From the NCBI GenBank assembly GCA_963697895.1, contig OY969100.1:1-64000 (forward strand): a stretch of 64,000 nucleotides of DNA. Direction: 5' to 3'. Every line of letters begins with the position of its first letter. The first letter of the stretch is position 1. The translations under genes were made by a program, and so were the position numbers. This stretch comes from an uncultured Methanomicrobiales archaeon (GTDB lineage: Archaea > Halobacteriota > Methanomicrobia > Methanomicrobiales > Methanospirillaceae). Below are positions 50,901 through 59,974 of this stretch, piece after piece. The notes under the pieces were generated by a model. It ran no database searches. It was given only the letters and a program-made list of their open reading frames with translations, and was not told the DNA's origin.

Positions 50901-52511
50901 GGTCTCACCATCTGCACATGCGCTGGCGGTCTTTTTACCGCTGTCACTGCCGGAGGCGGAGACCGACTGGGAGATGATGCTGATCTCGAGCACATCGATG
51001 GTGGGGAGATCAAACTCGAGTTGCTGTTCCGGCTGCTGCAGGATGGCCTGATCGACCAGACCGGGTTCCGGGAGCGTGACGCAGCCCTCCACCGGGCCGA
51101 TCAGGTCGAGGCTGAAGGTGCCGTCACCGGCGCCGATCAGGTCGAAAGACGCGATCTGAGAGTCGGCATCCGCCCGCCCGCTGCCCTTGATGTCCGCCTT
51201 TGCGGAGGTGTCACCCTTGGCGCTGGTGTTGGATGAAAAAATTATCCCTTCAACCCCCTGAGTCTGGTTGACATTGAGCACCGCGTTTGCCGCACCCCAT
51301 GTCGAAGCGGCCGCCGATACCTTGGCGTTCTTGTCAAACCCGTTTGCATATGCGTCGCTCTGGAGGATGGTGGTGTCAATGTATTCGGGATTGAAGCTGA
51401 AGTCCAGGTACGCGAACTCGGGTCCGAACCCGAGCCCCGGATCCTTCAGAGGGATGGCGGCATATGCATCGATCGACGATTCGCTGCCTGATTCACCCCT
51501 GCTGTCGCAGATGGACGCGATGCTGCCGGCGGTCCCCGTGGTGTTCACATAGAATTCGTGCTCCTCCGATGGAGGTGCTCCGTAATATGCCGTGTTCTGT
51601 TTTCCGACCGGAGTCGATGCGGACGAGGAGGCGGTGGCGGTATACTTTCCGGTTCCGCTCCATACCGAGCTGTCGGACGAGATCTCGCTCTCGACGTGCG
51701 TTTCACTGATGGGATCTACTGCTTCGGATGCGATCGCCGCATTGGAGGTAAACCCGCCCGAGCCTTTTCCGGAGCCGTCCGCCTTCGTGGTACCCGTTAC
51801 GTACGCGGTCAGATTGCCCGTGTCCGCACTGGCGGAGGCGTTCCCTGAGGCCCAGGCCCCGCCGGAGGCCTGGTTCTCGCCGTATACGTCGGCATAGATC
51901 AGGGCATTCACCGTGGGGTCATAATCCAGCAGATTGGATGCCTGGGACGTGATCCCTCCCGTCGCATTGAGTATGCTGACGGAGGCACTCTGCACTTTAC
52001 CACTTGCCTTGGAAGACCCGGAGACATTCGTCTGCATCTCGGTCCCGTTGTACGTGGCGGATGCGGTCCCGGACGAGCAGACCTCGCCCTCGGCCGTTCC
52101 TTTGTTACCGGAGTCGAGGGTAACGCTGCTCGTGATGGACGAGTTGATCACGGCATTGCCGGAGTCGTCATCGGACCCCTCGGCTTTGACGCTGCCGTTC
52201 AGGATCGCGGTGCCGGTCCCGGTCGTCTTGCCGCTCGCTTTGATGTTTGAGTTGAGGTTGACCGTGATCTTCCCGTCGCCGCTGGTGGCGGTGTCTGTTC
52301 CGCCGTTCGTTGCGTCTTTGACGGATGCTTTGTTCTGCAACTTTACGTTCACATTCTTCTCGACCGTAGCCGAGTGCTGGGTGGTACTATGCTGGTTGGA
52401 ATAGTCCACCTGGGCATCGCCTTCGATAACCACCGCGGTTACGGCGCCGGCCAGTAATGCGATGACCAGGATGACGAGAATGCCCAGCATCAGGGGTGTT
52501 CGGGATTTCAT
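47952..52511 (-). CDS. Large secreted repeat protein, paralog 3 of 4
   Basis: 1519 aa, colinear with the others. Shorter Pro/Gln linker. Confidence 0.9.
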   Translation of the reverse strand: MKSRTPLMLGILVILVIALLAGAVTAVVIEGDAQVDYSNQHSTTQHSATVEKNVNVKLQNKASVKDATNGGTDTATSGDGKITVNLNSNIKASGKTTGTGTAILNGSVKAEGSDDDSGNAVINSSITSSVTLDSGNKGTAEGEVCSSGTASATYNGTEMQTNVSGSSKASGKVQSASVSILNATGGITSQASNLLDYDPTVNALIYADVYGENQASGGAWASGNASASADTGNLTAYVTGTTKADGSGKGSGGFTSNAAIASEAVDPISETHVESEISSDSSVWSGTGKYTATASSSASTPVGKQNTAYYGAPPSEEHEFYVNTTGTAGSIASICDSRGESGSESSIDAYAAIPLKDPGLGFGPEFAYLDFSFNPEYIDTTILQSDAYANGFDKNAKVSAAASTWGAANAVLNVNQTQGVEGIIFSSNTSAKGDTSAKADIKGSGRADADSQIASFDLIGAGDGTFSLDLIGPVEGCVTLPEPGLVDQAILQQPEQQLEFDLPTIDVLEISIISQSVSASGSDSGKKTASACADGETTADGQHTYIYTPENFVTAAFTGSSSASGRVVGGAEAGGKGDDPASASVILGVSAQGIDGNQGLDATLIGSTSGAGGPTGKTSGTASGDAEASGGFIPATGPSVSSGTVSTSATANGGLGLSAAAIGSADYESFNVIEGDLVDVALIGTGSFAAGTAGAHAFADGQTEANGSILRQISIEDGPIENITLLNVTSAAFADGTACSDVSTKNGIALAADVLLSGEGTGASGLQSSGGGGGTAGSMVGQVVFAQQFGKSGSAKADTKADGEAGTSSSFYLDLGSTDGIDNRAFIAGYGTTDADGTASGSANAGCGDPLSASGIVAFTEFGGGGSVDAGSFYGGGETYSAGLIDSLSASWGKSADTWGAADGTALADSSLLVNTTLEDDSLYVWNATSAADAKVKTTASTTSPDGFALGVAAQGASSEVSAVVYGETVAADEHAITLDGALSLADGNGKATADVNKEEKITKDKKGKVKSVECIPVIDREATAVSQFSADITDDGTPDINATSTSFSGSSASSAAEAAKGGSAFALSGEASGSFTDLVSDALGNGVPQADQDVFSVIADVVAADPDKPKETSKASASATGSTGAFSYASVPDWNGTQSSSADGSVSGSAEAGDTCKDPISASLILSFGENNAYPDPNDAAVPVMDSRDSTLIATFSATGGDNGKAGGSAKGSAGATGSQVTAPYDGYSPIVAPSANASSKADVTSYASAVKGEALGVSGVGSTSDAHVDINLETVTDENLLFSYAAGEGYGKKSKVDACASYDAVGTATADSNILDIDPVVPKVVSNASAAGKGVSTVQVSDGNEAEALTFGWVQQNASINYSIAFSPGNDPTNASHADALALFGAEVNATNDAKGTFANADMTKVNLSAAARAGPYNNIVNIPEDNATVSVANGHTWAFLDPDGGISHTGLLDIDTLATYTQTSSGNTTNGNFIAADLISDPNYGYTHGGSWADSDNPSPVPFPPRDYILPMLPPI

Positions 52512-52608
52512 ATTTTCTACCTCAGGTATTTTGCACGGGGATGCATGTACGCTCCCCGTTTTTATCGTACGTTGATTTCGGCATACATTCGTGAGTGAAT
52601 TGTTCTTA

Positions 52609-52718
52609 TCAGCAGTTGATCACCAAATGCTGGAGCGGGGAAAATAATTTCGTACCCGAAATTATCCTCCGGTTATCCGTTCGTTTCGGAATTGCTGAAT
52701 CTTAGATGGATCAACTAC
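52609..52718 (-). promoter_or_regulatory. Conserved structured 5' leader, copy 3 (TATA at 52741-52746)
   Basis: Nearly identical to copy 1. Confidence 0.65.
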
Positions 52719-52850
52719 CTGTTCCATACACCCAGGCGGATATAAGACTTGTGCTGCGGATTTTTCACTATCGGGAATTTTTTCCCAAAATTCTGTAAAC
52801 CGGATAAAAAAAGATTAGGGGAAGGGATATCCCCATTCCGTGGTTCACGC

Positions 52851-55800
52851 CTAGATGGGCGGGAGCATGGGGAGGATGTAGTCGCGGGGGGGGAACGGGA
52901 CCGGTGCCGGGTTGTCGCTGTCGGCCCAGGACTCGCCGTGCGTGTACCCGAAGTTCGGGTCGGTGGTCAGGCTCTGTTCGACGAACTTCCCGCTGGTCGC
53001 GTCGCCGTTGCTCGTCTGGGTGTATGTCGCGCTGGTGTCGAAGTTGAGGATGCCGTTGTGGAATGATCCGCCGTCGGGGTCCAGGAAGGCCCAGGTGTGA
53101 CCGTTGGCGACCTTTACCGAGGCGTTGTCTTCAGGGATACCGAAGTCCGGGAAGCTTGCCCGTGCCGCTGCAGAGAGGTTCACCTGCGTCATGTCCGCAT
53201 TCGCGAAGGTCCCCGTCGCATCGTTGGTCGCGTTCACCTCGGCACCGAAGAGTGCCAGGGCGTCGGCGTGGGATGCGTTCACGGGATCGCCCAGATCCGT
53301 GAAGTTGACCGAGGCGTTCTGCTGTACCCATCCGAAGGTGAGCGATTCTGCCAGGTTCGCGTCGGTGACCTTGATCGTACTGATCCCCTTGCCGGAGGCG
53401 TTCGAGGTGGAGTTCACGGCTGAAGCCGCCAGGTCCCGGTTGAAGACGTTGCTGTCTGCCGCTGCGGTGCCGACCGCATCGTACCCGGCAGAGGCATCGG
53501 CTGTCGCTTTCTTGCCGAAGCCCTCGCCTCTCGCGTAGCTGAAGAGGAGGTTTTCGTCGGTGACCGTCTCAAGGTTGACATCGACGTGCGCATCGCTCGT
53601 CGATCCCACGCCAGCGAGACCCAGGGCAACTCCGTTGCTGGCCGCTGCCTTGCTCCACACGGTTGCATCGCTCGATGCACTGGTGGTGGGGCTCAGGGGG
53701 GTGCTGCCGTATTCGGGCACCAACTGTACTCCGTCAGCATTGGCCGAACCGCATGCATCCGCACCCGTATCGCCCTTCGTCCCGTTCGTTGCGGAGAAGC
53801 TGGCGATCAGGGTCGTGTCATGGTTGTCCATGGTGGGGAGATAGCCACCCGTAAGAGGATCGGGAGAGACCGAGTTCTCGCCAATTGCCAGGATGAGCGA
53901 GGCCGATATCGGGTCCTTGCACTTGTCACCGCCTACAGCCGAGGCTGAAACTCTTCCATCGGCAGCGCTCGTCTGCGTGCTGTTCCAGTTCGGTACCGCT
54001 GCATAGCTTAGGGCATTGGTGTCTCCGCTTGCCGACCCGGAGGCCTTGGCCGTCTCCTTCGGGCAGTCCGTCTCCGCAACGGCGAGGTCCGCGATCACGG
54101 AGAAGACGTCCTGGTCGGCCTGGGGAATGCCGTTGCCCAAAGCATCGGAGACCAGGTCAGTGAACGCACCGGATGCTTCACCCGCAAGGGACAGGGCAAA
54201 CCCGCCCTTCGCGGCTTCGGCAGCGGAGCTGGCGCTGGATCCCGAGAACGAGGACGACGTGGCGTTGATGTCAGGCGTACCGTCATCGGTCGTATCCGCG
54301 GTGAACTGGCTAAGAGCAGTCGCATCCCGATCCATGACGGGGATACACTCGACCACGGTTGTCTTTCCAACCTTCTTGCTCTTATATTCCTTGTTGACGT
54401 CTGCCGTTGCCTTGCCTTCTCCGGCCACTACGGATAGTCCTCCGTCGAGCGTTATGGCGTGCTCTTCGCCGAACTCGCCGATTTCACCGAGGATGGATGC
54501 ATCAACTTCGCTGGACGCACCCTGGGCCGCAACCCCGAGGGCGAAGCCATCCGGGCTCCTGGTACTGGCGGTGGTCTTGACCTTTGCATCCGCGGTGCTG
54601 TTGGTGTTCCACACATAGAGGCTGAAGTCTGCCGGTGTGGTATTCACGATCAGGGAAGAGTCCGCGAGTGCAGCGCCATCTGCGAAGCCACAGGTATCGG
54701 CAGACTTGCCCCACGATGCCGAGAGGCTGCCGACCGTTGCGGCGCTGTAAGACTCTCCGCTTCCGACGAACTCCTCAAACGTATCAGGCGTGGATACCGA
54801 TCCGCCCACACCGGAGTCGGTGAAGGCGACGATCGCCGATGCCGAGAGGGGGTCACCGCAGCCGGCGTTCGCGTTTCCGCTCACCGTTCCGGAGGCACCG
54901 GTCGTGCTGTCTCCGGCAATATACATCTCGTCGCCGCTCGGACCTTCACCGAGGTCGATGTAGAAGGTACTGCTGGTACCTGCTTCACCATTGGCATTGG
55001 TATTCGCGATTGCAGATCCTGATTTGCCGAACTGCTGGGCGAATGCGACCTGACCGACCATGCTCCCTGCAGTGGTGTCGCCGGCACCGATGAGAGAGGA
55101 TCCACTGGTACTGATACCTTCACCGGCGAGGAGGACGTCTGCCGCAAGTGCGATGCCGTTCTTGGTGCTGACATCGGAGCATGCCGTGCCATCTGCAAAG
55201 GCAGCCGAGGTGACATTCAGCAGGGTGATATTTTCACCCGGATCGTCGGGAATGAAGATCTCGTTCAGGACGGACCCGTTCGCTTCGGTCCGGCCGTCTG
55301 CGAATGCGTGGGCCCCTGCAGTACCGGCGGCGAATCCCCCGGTCCCGATCAGGGCGACATCCACGAGTTCGCCATCACTACTCCCTTCGTCGGCGGCAAA
55401 GTCAGCCGAACCGATGGCAGCGGCCGAGAGGCCCAGTCCGCCATTTGCATTGGCAGACGTGCTTACTGTCCCGGACGAGCTCGAAGGCCCTAATATTGGA
55501 CGAACGCTACCGGCTGCATTCGCATCACCCGAAGCCGTGCCCCAGGTATTGCCGGATGCGGCACCGGAAGTGCTGGCGATCAGGGTCGCGTCAAGCCCGG
55601 AGTCTGAATCGATCCCCTGTGCTGAGACCCCGAGGATGACCGATGCCGATGCCGGGTCGTGGTCGGACTTTGTCCCGGCCACAGCCCCGCCCTCGACTCT
55701 GCCGGACGCATTGCTGCTCCCGGTGGAACCACTGGTTACACTGCCTGAAATCTCCGTTAATGTGTTCCGCCCATCGGCCGCGGTCTCACCGTCTGCGCAG

Positions 55801-57437
55801 GCGCTGGCGGTCTTTTTACCGCTGTCGCTGCCGGATGCAGAGACCGACTGGGAGATGATGCTGATCTCGAGGAGATCGATGGGGGGGAGGTCGAACGATA
55901 GTTGTTGCGGGGCCGGTTGCTGCAGGATGCCCGGATTGATCGAACTGAGATCTCCTGTTACCGGAGTATTTGGCAGATTCTGTTCCGGTATCTGCGGGAG
56001 CATAACGGAGTCCTCAATGGGGCTGATCAGGTCAAGGCTGACGGTACCTCCACTGGTGCCGATCAGGTCAAATGAACCGATCTGGGACTCGGCATTCGCA
56101 TTCCCGCAGCCCTTGAGGTCGACCTTCGCAGAGGTGTCTCCAGTGGCACCGGTGTTGGAGGCGATGGCGGTCTGGAAGTCCTCCGGGGGAGTGGAGATAA
56201 CAAGCGCTGCATTTGCCGTACCTCTGGTCGAACCGACCGCCGATACCTTGGCATTCTTGTCATACCCGGTGGCGTTGGCGTTGCTCCCGATGAAGCTCGC
56301 GTCACCGGAAGAAGCGTTGATGATGAAACTAAGATTCGCATATTCGGGCCCCAACTGGAAGTTCGCCACGCCCGAACCGTTTATGGCCGCCGCGAAGATA
56401 TCGCCATAGCTGCCGGCCTCGCCCCTGCTGTCGCAGATGGATGCCTGGCTCGAGGCGGTACCGGTGGTATTGGCCACCTGCTCGAGTGCTCCCCCGGCCT
56501 CCACTCCGGCATAATATGCCTCATTCTGTTCCCCGATCGGGGTGGATGCGGATGAAGACGCGGATGCCGTATACTTACCCGTTCCACTCTCTCCGAAACT
56601 TTCGGAGTAGATGTCAGAGGAAACGATATCTCCTGACGATCTGCTTTCCGTATAGGATTCGATATCGGCATCAGTGAGGAAGTCTCCCGAGCCCTTGCCG
56701 GAACCGTCCGATCTCGTGGATCCGGTCACCGATGCGGTGAGATTCCCGTTGTCTGCTGATGCGCCGGCGCTGCCCGACGCGCCCGCAGATCCGGATGCCG
56801 TGTTCTCACCATACACGAAGGAAAAGATCACGGCATCCGTGCTGTAGTTTCCATTTATGACCGAAGAATTTGAGAAGACACCACCGGTCGCATTGAGTAT
56901 GCTGACGGAGGCACTCTGCACTTTACCACTTGCTTTGGACGACCCGGAGACATTCGTCTGCATCTCGGTCCCGTTATACGTGGCGGATGCGGACCCGGAT
57001 GCGCAGACATCCCCCTCGGCCGTACCTTTGGTGCCGGAGTTGAGGGTGACGCTGCTCGTGATGGACGAATTGATCACGGCATTGCCGGAGTCGTCATCGG
57101 ATCCCTCGGCCTTGACGCTGCCATTGAGTATTGCGGTGCCGGTACCGGTCGTCTTACCGCTCGCCTTGATATTCGAGTCGATATTGACCGTGATAAGCCC
57201 GTCGCCGCTTGTGGCGGAGTCTGTCCCGCCGTTCGTCGCATCTTTAACGGTTGCTTTGTTCTGTAGCTTTACATTCACATTCTTCTCGACCGTGGCCGAG
57301 TGCTGGGTGGTACTATGCTGGTTTGAATAGTCCACCTGGGCATCGCCCTGGACGACCACCGCGGTGACCGTTCCAATCAGTAACGCGATAACCAGGATGA
57401 CTAAAATACCTATCATAAATTGTTTTCGGGATTTCAT
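52851..57437 (-). CDS. Large secreted repeat protein, paralog 4 of 4
   Basis: Colinear with the others. Start placed at MKSRKQF (57437). Confidence 0.9.
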   Translation of the reverse strand: MKSRKQFMIGILVILVIALLIGTVTAVVVQGDAQVDYSNQHSTTQHSATVEKNVNVKLQNKATVKDATNGGTDSATSGDGLITVNIDSNIKASGKTTGTGTAILNGSVKAEGSDDDSGNAVINSSITSSVTLNSGTKGTAEGDVCASGSASATYNGTEMQTNVSGSSKASGKVQSASVSILNATGGVFSNSSVINGNYSTDAVIFSFVYGENTASGSAGASGSAGASADNGNLTASVTGSTRSDGSGKGSGDFLTDADIESYTESRSSGDIVSSDIYSESFGESGTGKYTASASSSASTPIGEQNEAYYAGVEAGGALEQVANTTGTASSQASICDSRGEAGSYGDIFAAAINGSGVANFQLGPEYANLSFIINASSGDASFIGSNANATGYDKNAKVSAVGSTRGTANAALVISTPPEDFQTAIASNTGATGDTSAKVDLKGCGNANAESQIGSFDLIGTSGGTVSLDLISPIEDSVMLPQIPEQNLPNTPVTGDLSSINPGILQQPAPQQLSFDLPPIDLLEISIISQSVSASGSDSGKKTASACADGETAADGRNTLTEISGSVTSGSTGSSNASGRVEGGAVAGTKSDHDPASASVILGVSAQGIDSDSGLDATLIASTSGAASGNTWGTASGDANAAGSVRPILGPSSSSGTVSTSANANGGLGLSAAAIGSADFAADEGSSDGELVDVALIGTGGFAAGTAGAHAFADGRTEANGSVLNEIFIPDDPGENITLLNVTSAAFADGTACSDVSTKNGIALAADVLLAGEGISTSGSSLIGAGDTTAGSMVGQVAFAQQFGKSGSAIANTNANGEAGTSSTFYIDLGEGPSGDEMYIAGDSTTGASGTVSGNANAGCGDPLSASAIVAFTDSGVGGSVSTPDTFEEFVGSGESYSAATVGSLSASWGKSADTCGFADGAALADSSLIVNTTPADFSLYVWNTNSTADAKVKTTASTRSPDGFALGVAAQGASSEVDASILGEIGEFGEEHAITLDGGLSVVAGEGKATADVNKEYKSKKVGKTTVVECIPVMDRDATALSQFTADTTDDGTPDINATSSSFSGSSASSAAEAAKGGFALSLAGEASGAFTDLVSDALGNGIPQADQDVFSVIADLAVAETDCPKETAKASGSASGDTNALSYAAVPNWNSTQTSAADGRVSASAVGGDKCKDPISASLILAIGENSVSPDPLTGGYLPTMDNHDTTLIASFSATNGTKGDTGADACGSANADGVQLVPEYGSTPLSPTTSASSDATVWSKAAASNGVALGLAGVGSTSDAHVDVNLETVTDENLLFSYARGEGFGKKATADASAGYDAVGTAAADSNVFNRDLAASAVNSTSNASGKGISTIKVTDANLAESLTFGWVQQNASVNFTDLGDPVNASHADALALFGAEVNATNDATGTFANADMTQVNLSAAARASFPDFGIPEDNASVKVANGHTWAFLDPDGGSFHNGILNFDTSATYTQTSNGDATSGKFVEQSLTTDPNFGYTHGESWADSDNPAPVPFPPRDYILPMLPPI

Positions 57438-57535
57438 TTTTCGTAACCTCAGGTTCTGCACGGGATTGAAGTCTTATCTTTCCGTTTTCAGATTACATCG
57501 TTCATTCTGCACGAATTCAGGGTGAAAATTTCTTG

Positions 57536-57643
57536 TCAGCAGTTGATCACCAAATGCTGGAGCGGTGAAATAATTTCGTACCGGAAATTATCCTTCATTA
57601 ACCCTTCTTTTCGGAATTGCTGAATCGGGGGTGGATCAACTAT
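57536..57643 (-). promoter_or_regulatory. Conserved structured 5' leader, copy 4 (TATA at 57666-57671)
   Basis: Same stems, with changes that preserve pairing. Confidence 0.65.
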
Positions 57644-57787
57644 GGGTTCAATACACCCGGGCAGGTATAAGACTTGCGCCGCCCGGATTTTCGACTCCGG
57701 GAAATATTTTTCAGACTCACAAGACAGGACGGTATTCTTTCAGATAAAAAGAGGGAATGGTTTGTAGAACGGATCTTCCATCTCCCG

Positions 57788-58996
57788 TCACGAGAACAAG
57801 ATCCGGTATCCCGCATCCTGCAGGGCCGAGGTAATCCGTTCGATATGCTCCGGTCCGCGGGTCTCCACCTCCACCTCGACCCGGGTCAGGTGGATGGGCA
57901 GGTCCGGCTCGCTCCGTGCCTGGACCACGTGGAGGATATTCCCCTGCATACCGGCCACCACGGAGAGCATGCCGGAGAGGGTCCCGGAGACGTCCTCCAG
58001 AAGCACGGTGAACCGCATGACCCGCCCGTGGAAAAAAAGCCCCCGGCGGATCACCCGTTCGAGGAGTGGCGTATCCACATTTCCCCCGCTGATCACGATG
58101 GCGACCCGTTCGCCGGGTTTCACCGCGATCGCCCGGGAGATGACCGCGGCGAGGCCGACCGCCCCGGCACCCTCCGCGATGACCTTCTTCCGCTCTAAAA
58201 GCCCGAAGATCGCGTCCATGGTCGCTTCGTCGGAGACCGTGACGATCCCGGCGACGAGATCGCGGATGACCGGGAAGGTCAGGTCTCCGGTCTCTTTCAC
58301 CCGGATCCCGTCGGCGATCGTGGAGTTGGCATCGACCGTCACGGGCGTCCCGGCGAGGAGCGCTTCAAGCGCCGACGGGCAGGCATCGCTCTGCACGCCG
58401 ATGACCCGCGCATCCGGCCGGATACCGGCGACGGCGATCGCGATCCCGGCGATCAGCCCGCCCCCGCCGACCGGGACGATGACGGTATCGACCGTCGGGA
58501 GGTCTTCCAGGATCTCGAGCCCGACCGTGCCCTGACCGGCGATGATCGCCTCGTCGTCATAGGGGTGGATGAACGTCATCCCTTCCTTTCCGGCCATCTC
58601 CCGGGCGACCGCGATGCTCTCCTCCAGGGAACAGCCGGAGAGGACGATGGACGCACCGTACCCCCGGGTCGCCTCCTGCTTGCTGATCGATACCCATTCC
58701 GGCATGACGATCGTTGCCGGAACCCCTGCCATGTGAGCGGCCAGCGCCACCCCCTGTGCGTGGTTCCCCGCCGATGCCGCGATCACGCCCTTTTGCCCGA
58801 TCTCCTGCCGCCGCGAGAGTATCCGGTTCGCCGCACCCCGCACCTTGAAGGAGCCGCCCTTCTGCATGCACTCGAGTTTCAGATACACCTCGGCCCCGGT
58901 CATCGCGGAGAAGGTGGGAGAATAGACGAGGGGGGTGCGGATCACCCGTTCCCGGATACGGTTCGCTGCGTCCCGGATGTCGGTGAGGCTCGGCAT
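57788..58996 (-). CDS. ilvA: Threonine ammonia-lyase with C-terminal ACT domain
   Basis: GSFKVRGA (PLP lysine), ASAGNHAQG, PVGGGGLIAG and SGGN motifs. Confidence 0.93.
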   Translation of the reverse strand: MPSLTDIRDAANRIRERVIRTPLVYSPTFSAMTGAEVYLKLECMQKGGSFKVRGAANRILSRRQEIGQKGVIAASAGNHAQGVALAAHMAGVPATIVMPEWVSISKQEATRGYGASIVLSGCSLEESIAVAREMAGKEGMTFIHPYDDEAIIAGQGTVGLEILEDLPTVDTVIVPVGGGGLIAGIAIAVAGIRPDARVIGVQSDACPSALEALLAGTPVTVDANSTIADGIRVKETGDLTFPVIRDLVAGIVTVSDEATMDAIFGLLERKKVIAEGAGAVGLAAVISRAIAVKPGERVAIVISGGNVDTPLLERVIRRGLFFHGRVMRFTVLLEDVSGTLSGMLSVVAGMQGNILHVVQARSEPDLPIHLTRVEVEVETRGPEHIERITSALQDAGYRILFS

Positions 58997-59253
58997 GGAT
59001 GATTGATAGGCGGAAGAGGCATATGAGGATTATTGATGTGGGGACCCCGCGGCAGCAGGATGCCGGGGCGAACCTGCCGCAATCATCTTCCTCATTTCTT
59101 CATAATGCAACAGAAAAAAAATCCGGGAATTTCCCTGTTTTTCCCGGTCGGACCCTGCAGGAGTCATCTCAGAATTTTGTCCATCACCCACGGTAGCGAC
59201 AGGGAATCCGAACTCCCTGTCTCTGAACGGAACAAAGCGATACGGCGATCTGC

Positions 59254-59688
59254 TCAGTCGGCCCGCGGGCTCTCATCCCGGATGATATCGGTGAGGTTTA
59301 AGAGTTCCCGGGAGAGGACGCAGATGGTGTCGTCCACCGTGACGATCCCGACGAGGCAGCCGCCGTCATCAACCACGGGGAGCCGCCGGATCTTCTCCCT
59401 CCGGGCGCACTGCATCGCATCGGAGAGGTCCGCATCCGGGGTGACCACGATCGGGTTCTTCGTCATGACCTCCCGTGCCCGGGTCGTCTTCGGGTCGATG
59501 TTCCGGGCGACCCCCCGGACGACGATGTCGCGATCGGTCACGATACCGACCGGCATGTTATTCTCGGTGATCACGACGCTTCCCACGTTCTCGTTCCTCA
59601 TCAGCTCCGCCACCTCGTGCACGAGGGCGCCCGGGGCAGCCGTGACCACATTGGTTCTGCAGCAATCCTCGATTCTCATCTCTTTCAT
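59254..59688 (-). CDS. CBS-domain pair protein
   Basis: VGIVTDRDIV and IRRLPVVD...LVGIVT motifs. Confidence 0.9.
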   Translation of the reverse strand: MKEMRIEDCCRTNVVTAAPGALVHEVAELMRNENVGSVVITENNMPVGIVTDRDIVVRGVARNIDPKTTRAREVMTKNPIVVTPDADLSDAMQCARREKIRRLPVVDDGGCLVGIVTVDDTICVLSRELLNLTDIIRDESPRAD

Positions 59689-59974
59689 CTCCTTTCGGTG
59701 AGTGGGAATGATCGGGAGAAGTTATTGAATCTGCCGGTGATGCTATATACTCGGGTATGCATCCTGAAGGAGGAACAATCAGGAAATGCGACTGTCTGGG
59801 ATATCTATGGTAGGACCCGGAGCGGGGGATATATGTATCCCTGTCTGGCGCTCCGGATCAAGCGCCTCGTTCTCTTCCTTCCCGGACTCTAAATGAGGTT
59901 AACTAACCCCCCCGTCATCCCTCGCTGCGGAATAAGATCAGGATTTTATACTTGGCAGTACCACGATTCGGAGA

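Noticed and set aside
17448-56409. Long antisense/overlapping ORFs (e.g. 17448..18473, 20517..21530, 25187..26215, 45567..46631, 55060..56409)
   Set aside because: Shadow frames of well-supported genes in GC-rich DNA, with no motifs of their own.
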